This document shows positions 21,461 to 34,851 of a stretch of DNA of 64,000 nucleotides, piece after piece. This stretch comes from Anthoceros angustus (Eukaryota; Plantae; Anthocerotophyta): assembly GCA_010909165.1 (NCBI GenBank), contig MU008230.1, positions 55,769 to 119,768 of the forward strand. Reading direction: 5' to 3'. The notes beneath the pieces are model-generated. The model was not told the origin of the DNA. It searched no databases and was given only the letters and a program-made list of their open reading frames with translations. Position 1 is the stretch's first letter, and every line of letters begins with the position of its first letter. A program made the position numbers and the translations under genes.

Positions 21461-23523
21461 TGCCTTCCTGGCGTTGGACTTTCGATCTGGTTTCAATCAA
21501 ATCGTCATCGAGGAAGAAGACAAATGCAAGACATCATTCTGAGGTAAGGAGCAGTTATGGCAATGGGAGATGATGCCATTTGGATTGAAGAACGCATCCA
21601 TTTACTTTCAATGAGTAGCGGACTTGGAGTTACAGGGGCTACCATTTGTGAGGTGTTACATCTATGACATTTTGGTATTCAGCAATAGTTTGGAGGAGCA
21701 TATTCAACACCTTGAAAGCGCTTATTGCAGGCTATCTAGCTTTCGGGGAGAATTTGAGAATCCAAAAAGTGGCGTTTGCCTACAAAGAGATAGAATACCT
21801 TGGTCATAAGATCGTCCCAGGTGGCATGCTACCACAGTTGGCAAAGGTGCAAGCTGTTAATCTCATGCCTAGGCCACGGGATGTTGCTACTCTGAGAGCG
21901 TTTCTAGGACTCGTTAACTACTATCGTCACTTCATAAAGAACATGAGCAGCACCTGCAAAGTGTTGTATGAGTTGTTGAAAAAGGGGATGCAATGGCAAT
22001 GGGAGCAGGAACATGAATAGGCATGGCGGCTGAAGCAGTGTTGTGAGAGGCCCATGCTCGGAAGGCTGGTGCGACAAAGCGTTTGTCCTATACAGTTGGG
22101 TCGCGGTAGGAATTAACATTCTTGCAGGTGGATGGGGAAGGAAGAGAATGAGTCATTGCGTATGCAAGCAGATCTAATAATTCCGCCAAATCCAACTACT
22201 CATCTTATGAGGGAGAGTGTCTAGCGGCCTTGTGGGCAGTTTTACACTTCAGAATCTATTTGTTTGGTAGAAGTTTCTAGCTCGTGACCGATCATCAGCC
22301 ATTACACTAGTTGATGACGAACATGAAGCTGAGTGGCAAGCTTGCGAGGTGGGCACTACTACTATCAGAATATGATATGCACATAGTGCATCGAGCAGGA
22401 AAGGTGCACCACAATGCTGATGGACTTAGCAGAAACCCAATGCGCAATGATAGGGACACGACTGGGGCACGACAAGATTTTGGATATGCTCACCAAGTGC
22501 CAAGTTTGTACATGGCACTCATGGCCACGGAGCAGGAAGGAGAAGGACAGCTCGTCGAAGGCGGACGGGACATATGGAAGCATGGGCCAGCCATACAGCT
22601 ATTGAAGGATGGACAGATAGGTAGTATGGATGTTGCAGCAATTCAAAGACTGCAACGAAAGACTATGCATTACACATGGAGGGATGGCAAGCTGTTTGTG
22701 ACAGATCATGGGACGAGTAAAGAGGTGCCGCCCATAAACTGAGTAGATATGGAGGCTGTGCAGAGGTGTTGATAGATCAAGGGAAAAATTCAGGGGTGAG
22801 TTTCAAGCATTGTTGGATAGGAGTTTGATAGATCATAGACGCACGTCACGAGACCATCCTTAAGCGGATGGTTTGGCCGAACGGCTGGTGCAAACTTTCA
22901 AAGATGCTCTTGGCAGTCGCACAGGTCGAGCCCAATTTTAGGATGAGTTCTTTGTATGCCTTGCCTCTGATTCATTGTCACAGCGGCGTTGGGCAATTTC
23001 AGCCCATATTATATCATGTTTGGCAGGAACGCTATATTGCCAAACATAGTGGCAGACACGTATTCCAGACCAGTGAATTGGGCACAAAATGTGGATGAAT
23101 GCTTCTCAGAGCTACGAAACAGAGCCAAACTGTTACAACGTGTAATACCAATGGCAATGGACAACTTGGCTATCGCACAACATCGAGATCAATTGAGATA
23201 TGCATTTACTCAAGGGGGATCGTGGAAGCCAAAGGCCAAGAAATTCGAAGTAGGTGACTTCGTGTATCTTCAGCATCGCCCTTCTGGCTTTTTGGATGTG
23301 AGCACAGGATGATTGATTTTGCGAGTGGTGAATATTGGTGAGCAAGGGGTCGTCGAGTTGAAGGAGGCCACCAATCGATCTTCCGTGTGAACATTGTGGC
23401 CAGGTCACAGACCCGGAACTTATGCTTTTATGTGACTAGTGCAACCAAGGGCATCACGTATTTTGCCTTCGGCCCCCACTGAAGGTGAATGGTTCTGCCA
23501 TAAGTGCTCAACACAAAAGCTAG
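21461..23523 (+). pseudogene. Ty3/gypsy pol, copy 2 (RT end, RNase H, integrase, C-terminal PHD finger), degenerate
   Basis: Repeats motifs of 19750-21400 after the N at 21460; PYYIMFGR, KFEVGDFVYL; PHD at 23386-23507. Confidence 0.9.
23386..23507 (+). other. PHD finger (C4HC3) coding segment at integrase C-terminus
   Basis: CEHCGQVTDPELMLLCD*CNQGHHVFCLRPPL/EGEWFCHKC; one stop (23437) and one frameshift. Confidence 0.85.
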
Positions 23524-23904
23524 GGCAGAACCGATCTGGGGGGCCAAGTGGAACACATGCTCGCGATACGGGCATGAAATCCGAATTTTCCTAGGGCTGC
23601 TGGTTTCATAAAGCCCGTTCTTAGTTCACACAGGCAGTGTGGGGGGAACACAGTGTAGCAAGTGAAGAGGAAGGAGGTGCCAGCAAAAAGGTGAAAAGTG
23701 ATTTGTTGATGCATGCTGGAGATTTCAAAGGAAACTAGGTACTTTGTGTTGTTGATTGCACCGCTAGCCGCATGGTGGTGCATAGGTGTAGACAAATGAT
23801 CAATAGTGAGTGTGGACCGCGGACTCTCCCCTGGGGTAGGAAATGAGTTAGGTTTTGTTTTTTTCGTAGGCGTGGAGCAGGAAATAAGGCGGAAAGGAAG
23901 AAAT

Positions 23905-24075
23905 AAGTCCGGGGTACTCCGGACTGCACTACGGAGTAGGCAGAAGGACTCCGGAGTAGGCCGAGGGACTCCGGAGCACACTCCGGAGGAGCTACGGACT
24001 ACACTCTGAAGGGGGGAAAGTTCGGACCACACTCTGGAGTACCGGGGTAAGTCCGGACCCCACTCCGGAGCAGGA
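23905..24075. repeat. Degenerate actccggag tandem repeats in the gypsy 3' non-coding region
   Basis: Directly visible. Confidence 0.7.
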
Positions 24076-24399
24076 CGGGATAAGTACGCCAAGTAAAGTA
24101 ACTTAGGAGTCGGAGCGTGTTTTAGACAGACGGGGCCACGTGGACGGCACTAAGAGGTGAACGGGCATGTAGCAGACTAGGACCGTGGGGTTAGCCGTAT
24201 GGCGGTATTCACCTTCCCGGTACAATGCGGGCCCGTAAAGGCTAAATGTGGCGTAAAGGCGAGTAAGCGGAAGCGTAAGGCGAGAGTACGCCATGCAGAC
24301 CTCATGATTAAGGGCAGCGAAGACACCCCGCCCGTGACTACTCGGCGTCAGCGAGTGGAGGGAAGAGCCATTTCTTCGTGACCTCGCGACGATTTTCGC

Positions 24400-25400
24400 A
24401 GTCTCTCACGCTCTGTCACCCAGCTCTTTGGCGCTATCTTCGGCGCTTCGAGCACTCGCTGGCTCTGCTTCGTGGGCTGGGCCTTAAGCAGCGAAGGGGA
24501 GGCAGTTATTCACACTGTCATAGCGGTAGACAAGAAGAGCAGCGATGGGACCCAAGAAGGCGGAGGTATGGGAGCCTGCGCTTGGTGGAGTGCAACATTG
24601 TCACTGAGAGATACCAGACTTGGACCGGCTGGAGGCGAAGAAGCTGGTGGAAAAATGGCATGGACATCTTGGCAGCCTTGACGTTCGGCGGCATCACGCT
24701 CGTCAAGAATACGCCAGGAAGATGCTGGCCGTCGCCAACAAGGAGGTCCGCTCTAAAAGCTTGAGGGAGGACCCTAGGAGGAGGACCGTGGAGGTCGAGG
24801 CGTTTACAACCGGTGGAAAATTGGGGCATAGTCCGGGCCCCTCAGGTAAGGGGAAGGTGGAGGCAGGGAAGCGGCCATGCTAAGGCCGGGGCATAGCAGT
24901 GCATCAATGGGTAGTTGATGTCGGACTGCTTTGGATAGGCAGGTGAGGCGTTGGCTAAGGTCATTGTCCATTGGAACATGCTCACCAAGGTGGATCACCT
25001 TGGTGACAATCTTCTGGTGTTTCTGCACGCCCTGAAGCGAGGAAAAAGGGCCGACTGGGGGCGTAACATCTTCGCCCAGATCAGCCAGGAGGCCAGGTTG
25101 CTACGGAGTGAGAAGCCGCCTCCGTCAGCGCTGTCACCCTTCCTCATCCATGTATCAAGGCTTTGGAAGCTTCTCGGCACCTGCATAACTGACCTGGACC
25201 TCCGGAAGGGTCAAGGAGGAAGGAGAAGAAGGGCACGGATGCCTTGGGGCCTTGGTGGCCTGTTTGGCGGGGCCGGTGAAGAGGAGCCTGTGAGGAGGCG
25301 AACGCGCCAGCGTAGGGCCTTGAGGGTAAGTCACCGCAAGCCAAGGAGAGGATAGGAGCGAGGGGCCCCGGAAGGTGGGGAGGAGGAAATCAACCGGACC
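24400..25400 (+). pseudogene. Degenerate extra ORF downstream of the PHD-gypsy pol (DWG family, second subtype)
   Basis: KRGKRADWGRNIFAQISQE...ALSPFLIHV at 25030-25155 parallels the family B motif. Confidence 0.55.
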
Positions 25401-26559
25401 CAAGCCGGAAAGGCGGTGGAGGCGAGGATGGGCCCCAGCAGTTTGAGGGGTCAGAGTGATCGAGGGGTCCGAGACTTGAGAGTCCGGACTGTAGGTCGAA
25501 CCACGAGGTCCGAACTCAGAGACGAGGCCGGACCCGAGGTCCAGGACTACGAGAATAAGCCCACTTCTCGAGGATCGGACCCTCGGGTCGAGAGACCCCG
25601 GTCAGGTCCGGACTTAGAGGAAGGAGAGGACACCCCAACTTGCTTAGGGAGGTCCCCAAGCGGTGGCCCTATAGGGAGGGGACCCACCTCGGGCCGGGAG
25701 GAGGATGTGGTGGTTACCGCATTGTCGGACCGCCCGCCGTAGCCCAACTCGGCTGTGGTCTCGAAGGAGGGTCACCTACCGCTGGATCATCCGATTGCGC
25801 CCGTAACTATCGTAAGGCGGTGTTGTATAAATACGTTTAATTATGCACCGCCGGACTAGAACGGAGATTAGGCACGCTTTCACTTAGGGTTCTACGAGTA
25901 GTTAAGTAGTTACCAATAGCAGTAAGTAGCTTGAGGCTTCAACTTAACTCAAACAGATTTAGAGTTCAGATTATGAATAAAAAATGCTTTTTCATTCACG
26001 CTGCCGATCGCTTTATGGTATCGATGAAGAGCTCCTTGTCAGATGGTAGCCTTAGCCTCTCGCGCCTCGAGCTATCAAGAATCACCAAGCATCATGGCGC
26101 CAAGGCCACCATCAGAACCTCGACATCGAATCGAGTCCCCAACATGCCTCGCAGACGCACACCGGCATTGTATGCGCCACAATGCCTACCGCCGCGAGCG
26201 GCGAGCCGACCCTGTGAAGATTGCGTAGAGAAATTCAGATCCGGAGGGTTTGCTGCTTCACACGGACCCAGCGCGCCTCTCCGGCGGATCTCCTTACCTG
26301 CACGCCACTGCACATCCGAGGTCATACCACTCGCATAAATTACTACTACCAAAGACAAACTCACACAGATCTGGAGCACCTGCGCGTTCAAATCATCAGG
26401 CTGGAATCACAGTTGGAATTTCTCTCAGCAATGGTGCGAGACATGGCCATTGTCGCCAATAGGTAGAACACCGAATCATGCATGCTCGATCCTCTTAGGG
26501 ACCACCGCACCAAGAGACGAAGGGCAAGAAACATGGCCACCAATGTACCCATCCGTTGT

Positions 26560-28530
26560 AAATACACGATTATAAGTACAACGAAGTTGAATTCCGCGAT
26601 CACATCGCCTTCACGCAACGACTACGATACCTGGCAAATGCGCATTACGGCACTGCTAGAAGAACATGACCTCATGGGAATCATGGAAGGCACCGTCACA
26701 AAACCCATCATCGAGATCAAAGAATCACGATCAAATCGCAGCCTGGAGAAAAGGCGACAAGAGAGCCATCAGTATCCTTTTCTCAGCACTAGACAAGAAC
26801 ATGCTCCAGCATACGCAAGGCCAAAAGACAGCCTACGATATATGGAAGGTGTTCAAGGACATGTTTCAAGCTCAGAGCTCCATGTCCACAGTAAACGCCA
26901 CACGGCGCTTTACTTGCCGAGAATGAAGGAGCGATGCTTGAGCAACATGTGCACAACTTTCGAGTCGATGAGCCAAACTCACGTCAAGCGGCACCACTCT
27001 AAATGAATATCATGTTAACTAGCATTACTAACATCTCTTATGTAATCCTGAAGTATCCCTTGACAGCACAAGATATACCTTGTCAAGTCTTAGCGCATTG
27101 CTCAAGAAGAAGCTACCGATCACAACACATTAGGCTACGACAGGGCCAAACCACGCCCTCTTCGCATCAAGGGGCCGTGGTTCAAGAAGAGGCGGCTTCA
27201 GAAACAACTTCTCACGAAGACCACCTGGACAAGCCCCACACAACAGTTTCGGTCAAGGAAACCGATTCACACCACAGAAATCACAAAAGGGAGCCTGCAA
27301 TTGGTGTAAGATACCCGGCCATTTTGAGCATGAATGCAGGAAGAAGCAGAACGGAGAGCCTAGGCGAGAGACTCCCAGAAATAAGTCTCACATGACTACC
27401 TCAAGAGCTACACCATCAAACTCTATTCTCGCCATCTGTCTTACCTTGACGGCCGGGGCGGATAAAACACGATGGTTCCTCGACTCAAGCAACACGCATA
27501 TTTGCAGTGCAAGGACATATTGCACATACCACGATCCTCAGCGGCCAGCGTATTATTAGGGGCAACACTTCTGAGTGAGGCACGGAGAAGTACTACTCTG
27601 ACTATCAAATGGAGAGACCCTCACCATCAACGGAGTACTCCACGTTCCCACCATGACTAAAAACCTCCTTTCTGTCAGGAAACTCGCCACTGAACATGAT
27701 CTGGTCATCACTTTTCAAGGTAACCACTGCACTATACACCATTCCAAAGACCCAGGTAATGCTGCCTTGGCTCATGGACTCCCTTACAATGACTTGTATC
27801 TCCTAAACATCCAGTCTTCATCATCCCTCCTTGTGGAAGGCACCCCTCATAGCTCCCACAAAGAGTCTCTCTTATGGCACTGTAGGGCAGGTCACATGAA
27901 CCCCCGCTATTTAAACCAGTTTGCCAACCCAGAAATGTACCGAGATCCCATCAAACTTGAGTCAGCCCGGACTTTTGCGAAATATGCGATTACACAAAAC
28001 TCAATCAATCTCCATTTCCCCACCGTTCTCCCACCAGAGCCCGTCGCCTTCTTGAGCCCACTCGGATATCTCTGCCCCATAGTACCACATCCTTTGGCGG
28101 CCGTTCATGCTTCATCACCTTTTAGGCAGATGGGCGGTACTTTCACATTTCATTTCTTCAAACACAAGTTAGAAGCCTTCTTTGTTTCCGAGTTTTGCTA
28201 CTGGTGCGAGCATGGCGGCTTCGGTCACCACCACGCATACAGACAGCGGAGAATATGTCGACCATCCTTTTCAAGCTACGCCAATCCCACGGCATCCAGC
28301 GCGAATTCATTCCCTACACCTTCACGGAACCCTTGGCGGAGCGTCTCAACCGATCCATCCTTGAGATCTCCCGCTCCCTTCTCAAATTGTCAGGCCTCTC
28401 TCGAGGCTACTGGGCAGAAGCTGTGTCCACCGCCATTTACCTCCGAAATCGCCTTCCCACTAAGGAGCTCCCCAATACCACTCCTTTTGAACGCTGGACG
28501 GGCCATAACCCCGCATTTCCCACCTGCAGA
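26560..28530 (+). pseudogene. Copia C gag, zinc knuckle, protease, integrase (frameshifted)
   Basis: DYDTWQMRITALLEEHDL, CNWCKIPGHFEHEC, WFLDS, LWHCRAGH, YWAEAVSTAIYLRNRLP. Confidence 0.9.
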
Positions 28531-28534
28531 AAGA

Positions 28535-31500
28535 TGTGTTTTATTATTGTTTTGAATAATAACATGTTCTTGAAAAGGAACTTTTAAAGAAACATCAAGA
28601 AATGAATTTTGTGTTGTTTTTCTTTAAAAATCTATACAAATTCTTGCTGCATTAGGTAGCCATTCTAGCGTGCATTCATTGAATTGCTCCCTTGAGCAAT
28701 TGCAATGAACATACACTAAACAATGCCCAATGGGCAAAATTATATATAGAAAAATACAAAAGAAATATAAGATGCACATTTCGCACTTATAAAACACAAA
28801 TCCTTGTTGCACATGGCCTTTAGATTTACCAGCGGTCGCAACACCACGCTACTCGAATCATCCTAGGCAAAATAGGTCAAGAATTGATGGGCACACAATT
28901 GCTTCTCGATTACATTCGGCATCCTACAATGGAGCCAACAAAACCAAAATAGACCTATGCAAATTGCTGATCCGAGAGGCGCATTTAATACTATTGTGGA
29001 ATTTCTCTATCCTCAAGAGCGAGAATCGTGTTTACTCTTCCTCCAAGAAATCCACTAAATTTGCGGCGTGTACAAAGAGCTTTTGATGGAAGCAGGCAGC
29101 CCGTGGTTTCATCACAACTCAAGGCCACAAACACAGTGTCGGCAATAATTAATCATCGAAGCAAATAAGGATAGTGGACCGCACACAAATTAATGGACAC
29201 TTGTCTCTGACAAGCGTTGACTTACAGGATCTGAAGGAGCAAGTTGCACACTTGGACTACAAGTGGTTATCTTGTTGGGCAGATGCTCAAAAATCCAGTG
29301 TTGAAACACCACGCCGTAAATAAGACAAATCGTGAAGCTTTAGCTCACTTAACTCGTGTCCATCTTGCTCCACGTATGCCTACAATAGGTTCGAGATGAG
29401 GAGCTCCAAAATTGCGCTACGAGGAGGATCAGGATCAAAACACCGCGCGAGAATCAACAAGCGTTATGATCGGGGCGGTTTTGGGGATATATTCAATACG
29501 GTGAATTTGAACGAGGTCGAACAACAAGCCATAAATATGGCAAAGCACCTCAACTCCAAACTATGGAGGTAATGAATCCTTCAAGGAGAAGGATCGGTTC
29601 AATGGCAATGACTTTGACATATGGCGGTCCGGATGGAGGGCGTCCTCGAAATGAGGGCCTGAAACATGCAACCGGAAAGGTAGTGAAACCGGCGAGGATC
29701 TTGAGAAGAAGAATGGTTAGCTAAGGATAAGCGGAGCCAAGTACCTCATTCGTGGCTCGAAATGTTGAGGCAATGGGTGGAAACTTCAGCCGAAATCATG
29801 AATCTAAAGGAACTCTCGCAGCGAACATGGTCGGTGCAATCACTTTAAGAAATTTCCGAACTTGAGAATGAAGGATGGGGACTCGGTGGAGAAGCACGTG
29901 AGTACCTTTAGGACCCTAGCCTCCCGGCTTCAAGGTGCCTCTAAAGTTGCCATCAAGGATGATGAGATGGTGATGAGGCTCCTTCTTCGCTTCGAGTCTT
30001 GGTCACACTGTGACCTCCCACTGTGCTCGAGACACAAGCTACATTAGCTAAGAAGCAAGGCATAGAGATGCAGATGTCATTCTCACAACTTGTGAGTTCC
30101 ATCGCAAGAAGAGGCAAGCGGAACTAATCACAAGAAAGCGAGGAAACAACAGCCTGTACACCTCAAATCAAGGGCGAGGCAAGAAATCCTTCTCCAAAGG
30201 AGGTGGTGGAAATCCTTCCAAGGGAGGTAGCTCAGCGGATCCTCATGGGAAGAAGACTAAAAAGCAGCACCTGGCGGTGCAAGGCACTGGACATTGGGAA
30301 AAGAGTGTCGCAAAAGCAAGCTGGAATTCCTAGGAGGGCACCAGTGACGCCAATGTTGTGGTAAAGAAGGCTAAATCAGCTCTTACGGTTGGGACTAGGG
30401 AGTTTGCTAGTCCATTCGCTTCCACTTGCCTTTACAAGCTAATGAAACCAATAGATGAATGGTATTTAGATACGGTGCTCGCACATACGCTTTGATAGAA
30501 ATGCTTTCAAAACATATAGGTCTTTTCGGATCGATGTTTACCTTGGGGGACAGTCTCTAGTCTCACACAGTGGTACGCAGTTGAGTTGCTAGTTCCTCTG
30601 AGGATCACACTCATGTTGTTAGAAGTCTACTATGTGCGAAATGACTAGAAACCTTATTTGATCGAGATTGAATGCGATAACAACGATCACGTTGTTTTCA
30701 CTAGGACAGTAGAATCATAGATGCTATTGACCCTAGAAAGGTCCTTGCACATGGGTCTTGGACCACGATCTGTTAGTCTCCATTTGCACTGGAGTAGTCC
30801 CACGACACAAGACGTCTCCTTGCATCGCACAACAAGACAAAGTCTAAGTTGTGGCATGCGCTTGGGTCACCCTCACATGGCAAAGCTGCAAAAATTGGTG
30901 TGGTGACACTGTCAAGATGGACCTATTGGCCCTTTGAGCCATACCTTTATGTGAGGCTTGTGTGTTGTCGAAGAAACACCAAGTGCCTTCAAGAACAAAG
31001 CACCTCATCGTCTTGATGATCTCCTTGAGCTTGTACATCGACCTATGTGGACCCTTATCTCAAGCGTCCATAGGAGGTGGGCGTTATTTTCTAACGTTCT
31101 GAGATGACAAAGCGGTTGTCACCACCTATATCCTGAAGAACAAAAGCGAATGTTTCTCCTACTTCAAGGAATACATCAAATTGAGCGTTGGACGAAAAGC
31201 TCAATCAAGACCGAGATCGATAATGGGGAATTTACATCTAATGAATTCCAGCGATTACGAAAGATGAAGGCATTGGGCGCCAACTCACGTCAGTATACAC
31301 TCCACAGCGAATGGAGTGGCGGGCGCTTGAACCTCACATTGCGGAGATGGTCTCCTCATTGTTACATGATGCTCATTTGCCACTACCCTCTTGTGAGGCT
31401 TTGATGACTTCAACTTTTCTCGAGCAGTTACCCACCACTGCTGAAGGCAAAACTCCTTATGAGGTTTTGAGGAAGCCCTCTATTCAACACTTGAGGACCT

Positions 31501-34500
31501 TGGTGTCTCGCATATGCCTTCATCCCTAAGCGAAGCGATAAGGTATCGGATAAGTCACAAGCTGCTTATCTTTGGGGTATCTGAGAGGGATTAAAGCTTA
31601 CAAGCTATATGATGTCCCAATAGAGTCATCTATGCTCGGTGTTACATTTGATGAAACTTGGGCGTCGGTGGGAGCACTCATGTTCCCACACGAGATAGTG
31701 AGGAAACCTTTGAACTCTCTCACTATGACGGATCATGGCACTCATGCTCATACTCCACTGAGGAACATGCTCCTGCAGGAGGGGCAATCAGGCGATGTTA
31801 GGGAAGAACAACGAACTTGACATTCAACTGCAATGCCCGATCTGGATCACATTCCTCAACCGGTATAGCGATCGATGATGCAACGGTGATCGATCGGGAT
31901 GCTCGGAGGAATTAGAGGAAGTTGATGATGTACTTCTGTGAGCGAGCCTACTCGGCGTTACCTACGTGAGCGTCGACCTCCGACTACTATCATGCACGGA
32001 CTTGATTACCTCTTCTCATGTGAAGGCTTATGCGCCCGACATTAGATCCCATAGAGCCACGGTCTTATGAGGAAGCTCTCGGAGCACGATCACAAGGAAT
32101 GGAGAAAGGCAATCCGATTGAATATGATTCTCTTATCGAGAATGGAACTTGGGAACTAGCAAAGTTGCCCAAGGCGGAAAGCTGTGTCATGTAAATGGGT
32201 CTTTAAATTGAAGGTCAAAGGCGGATGGATCGTTTGATAGATACAAGGCAGATTGGTTGCTAGAGGTTTCACACAAATTCCGAGGTTTAGATTACCTCGA
32301 AACCTTTGCTCCCGTCAAGCTTGCTACTTTTGACCATGTGTGCGATTGCTGTGACAAGGACTACGAGCTGAGGATGTTTGATGTGAAGCGGCTTTCTTGC
32401 ATGGAATCCTTGATACGAGATCTACATGCGACCACAGTTATGAGGTTAACGGCAAGGAGGATTATGCTTGCAAACTAATTAAGTGCCTCTATGGACTTAA
32501 GCGATCCAATGAAATGGAATCTTGCCTTTGGACAAGGAGTTGCGAGCTCTAGGTTTTACAAAAGTAAGGTGACTTATACGTATACATCAAGAATGATGTA
32601 ATCTGTTACTTAGTATGTCGATGACCTCATCCTTGCAAGCAACTGGACTTTATCTCTTGATCACGAATCTGGCACAAAAATTCAAGATGTCGGACCTTGG
32701 ACCTTTGCAAAGTTGCTTAGGAATACACATTGGAGAAAAAGGATCCTTACCATGACTCGCAAATGTCTTGGAAAGTGCAGGCTTAGGACTCAAAGATGCC
32801 AAACTGCTGCAACACCTCTTCCAAGTGGTCTCAAGTTGAGCAAAGATATGTCGGTTACACGGTCAGGAAGGACGATATGAGAAATGTGCTGGCAAGGTGT
32901 GGGCAAACTCATATATGCTGCCAATACAACACGACCCGGAGGTAGCGTGCTACAAGTGCTCATCCCGGATCTCGAAAACCACAGGCGGACACATTGGACT
33001 TGTGTTAAGAGGTTTTCCGGTATGAAAGGCACACCAAACAGGTGTGTATACTCACAAAGATGGTGTGGCGGACCTCGGCGTGTACACCGATTCGATTATG
33101 CACGGTGACATAGATACGAGGTCGGTTTGAGTTATGTGGTGAGCTATCTTTGGAGGACCTATTGTTGGTCAAGCAAAAAGCAACCAGATTGCACTCTCAA
33201 GCACTGAGGCGGAATACAGTACTGCATGCGGTGAGGAGGTTATTTGGCTAAAGCTACATTTTGAGCTTGGCATTGAGTTGCTTGCTTGCACAAAATCGGA
33301 ACCGACCAAGGGTCAATTTATAGCTGAAAATCCGTCTTCCACTCCGGGACAAAGCATGTGGCGTTGGAATACCACCGGATTAGAGAGCTACTAGCTGCAA
33401 GCACAATATCTCGGAATACATAGCAACACAAGAAAACCCGGTGACATTTTCACAAAGGCTTTGGCGGGGATCTACATGAGAAGCATGTAAAGTTTTTAGG
33501 CCTAGGTGACTCCTCGGAGTCCCTAGGTAGTAGTGCATAAAGTCAAGTCATTACGGCAGCATTCTAGCTACGCCGAAAGAAGAACATTCATTCGGTGTAG
33601 TCGTTGAAGTTTGTCTCATCACGAGACTTCAAAGAATAGGAATCCCCATCGGATCCGATTCTCAGCGCTGACTCTCCTCCTCATCTTGAAGGATCGGGGC
33701 TGCTATAGGAGGCGGTGGTTTTCCTCCACTCCCTCCTTGCACGGCGAAATCCATCTTGATTGGAGGCTCGATTCTTCTTCCAGCGTATGTTGGATCCCGC
33801 CACCAGACGGTGGGAGCTTAGTGTAGCATCTCACATGCACAAGAAAAGATTGCAGCAGTATTGAAGCTGGGATCTTACTATAAGTCGACCACATGAAATG
33901 GGTAAGCCCGGTTTTCGACCTTGACACGTCTCATCACGGCTTTGGCCCACATAAACCCCCACGGAGGGCTGCGGATGCTTGATGGAGCCATAAGAGGCGA
34001 TCATGTCTCCTTGAATTCTGCGGGCTTAGGAAAGCTAGGCTCTTCACGGGGTTAGTCTCATTCTCGAGCCGAAATCGGGATTAACATGGGCCTTTACTCT
34101 TGTCAGCTTTGGAGTGGATGAGGCGGCGCGTCTGTTGAGCCCGCCCATGGGCTCACTTGCTGGCGGCGTGGCTCGCCTTGCTAGGACCTCCTTGGTGCCT
34201 CGCCTTCCACGAGGCGATTACCTTGGTACCCACTGGAGTGCTCACATCGTGAGGAACTTGTTCTAGTGTGGTAAACACCGCATGCGGTCCCTAGGGTGAT
34301 TTCGCTTGGCTGAGTCTCGGATCACGGGGAGAAGACATGATGCTCACGCCACTCCTTAGCCAGGACAATGAGAACTACACTCAAGCACGGGCGTATGCTA
34401 TTGTTGAGTAAGGCGCGCAGTGCGACCACTTCACATTGGGTGTCTCCATGCTTTTATTCGCCAAGGAGCGGGCGTAGCTCGTCTATGGTACTCGCGTCGC

Positions 34501-34851
34501 AACTAGGCGTAACAGTCGCCATGACAAGCAGGCCCGTCAAGGGGACACAAGGAACCCACGCGAAGAGAAGGCGTACAAGTCATGATCAACAAGTGGGAGT
34601 GAAGGAATAATTATTGTTTATGTGTGTTGACTCATGCTAGGGTTATGTTACCTTAGTTTAGTTAACCTATCGATGTGTAAACTAGGTCTAGTCACCTAGT
34701 ACCCTTTTAGGTTGTGACTCTTACAGTGGGCGTAACACTTGGTATCTTAATTAGGTTGTTTTAAGCATAAGCAAGTTACTCTTTTATTTGATCTTTCAAT
34801 TCAATCAATAATGTAATTGTGTTTTATTAATTCAATTCACCAAAATCTTCA
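28535..34851 (+). mobile_element. Ty1/copia element D2 nested in C
   Basis: gag-pol remnants about 29560-33530, about 1 kb 3' region, PPT aacaagtgggag 34589-34599, 3' LTR 34600-34851; AAGA on both flanks; matching 5' LTR not recognisable. Confidence 0.72.
29560..33530 (+). pseudogene. Copia D2 gag-pol, heavily indel-damaged
   Basis: LRMKDGDSVEKHV, WYLD, GLDYLETFAPV, ENPxDIFTKAL-like segments. Confidence 0.85.

Noticed and set aside
24012-24024. gaaggggggaaag as PPT of the PHD-gypsy with LTR from 24024
   Set aside because: Not followed by TG, no partner LTR, and an ORF remnant follows; kept only as an alternative to the PPT at 25696
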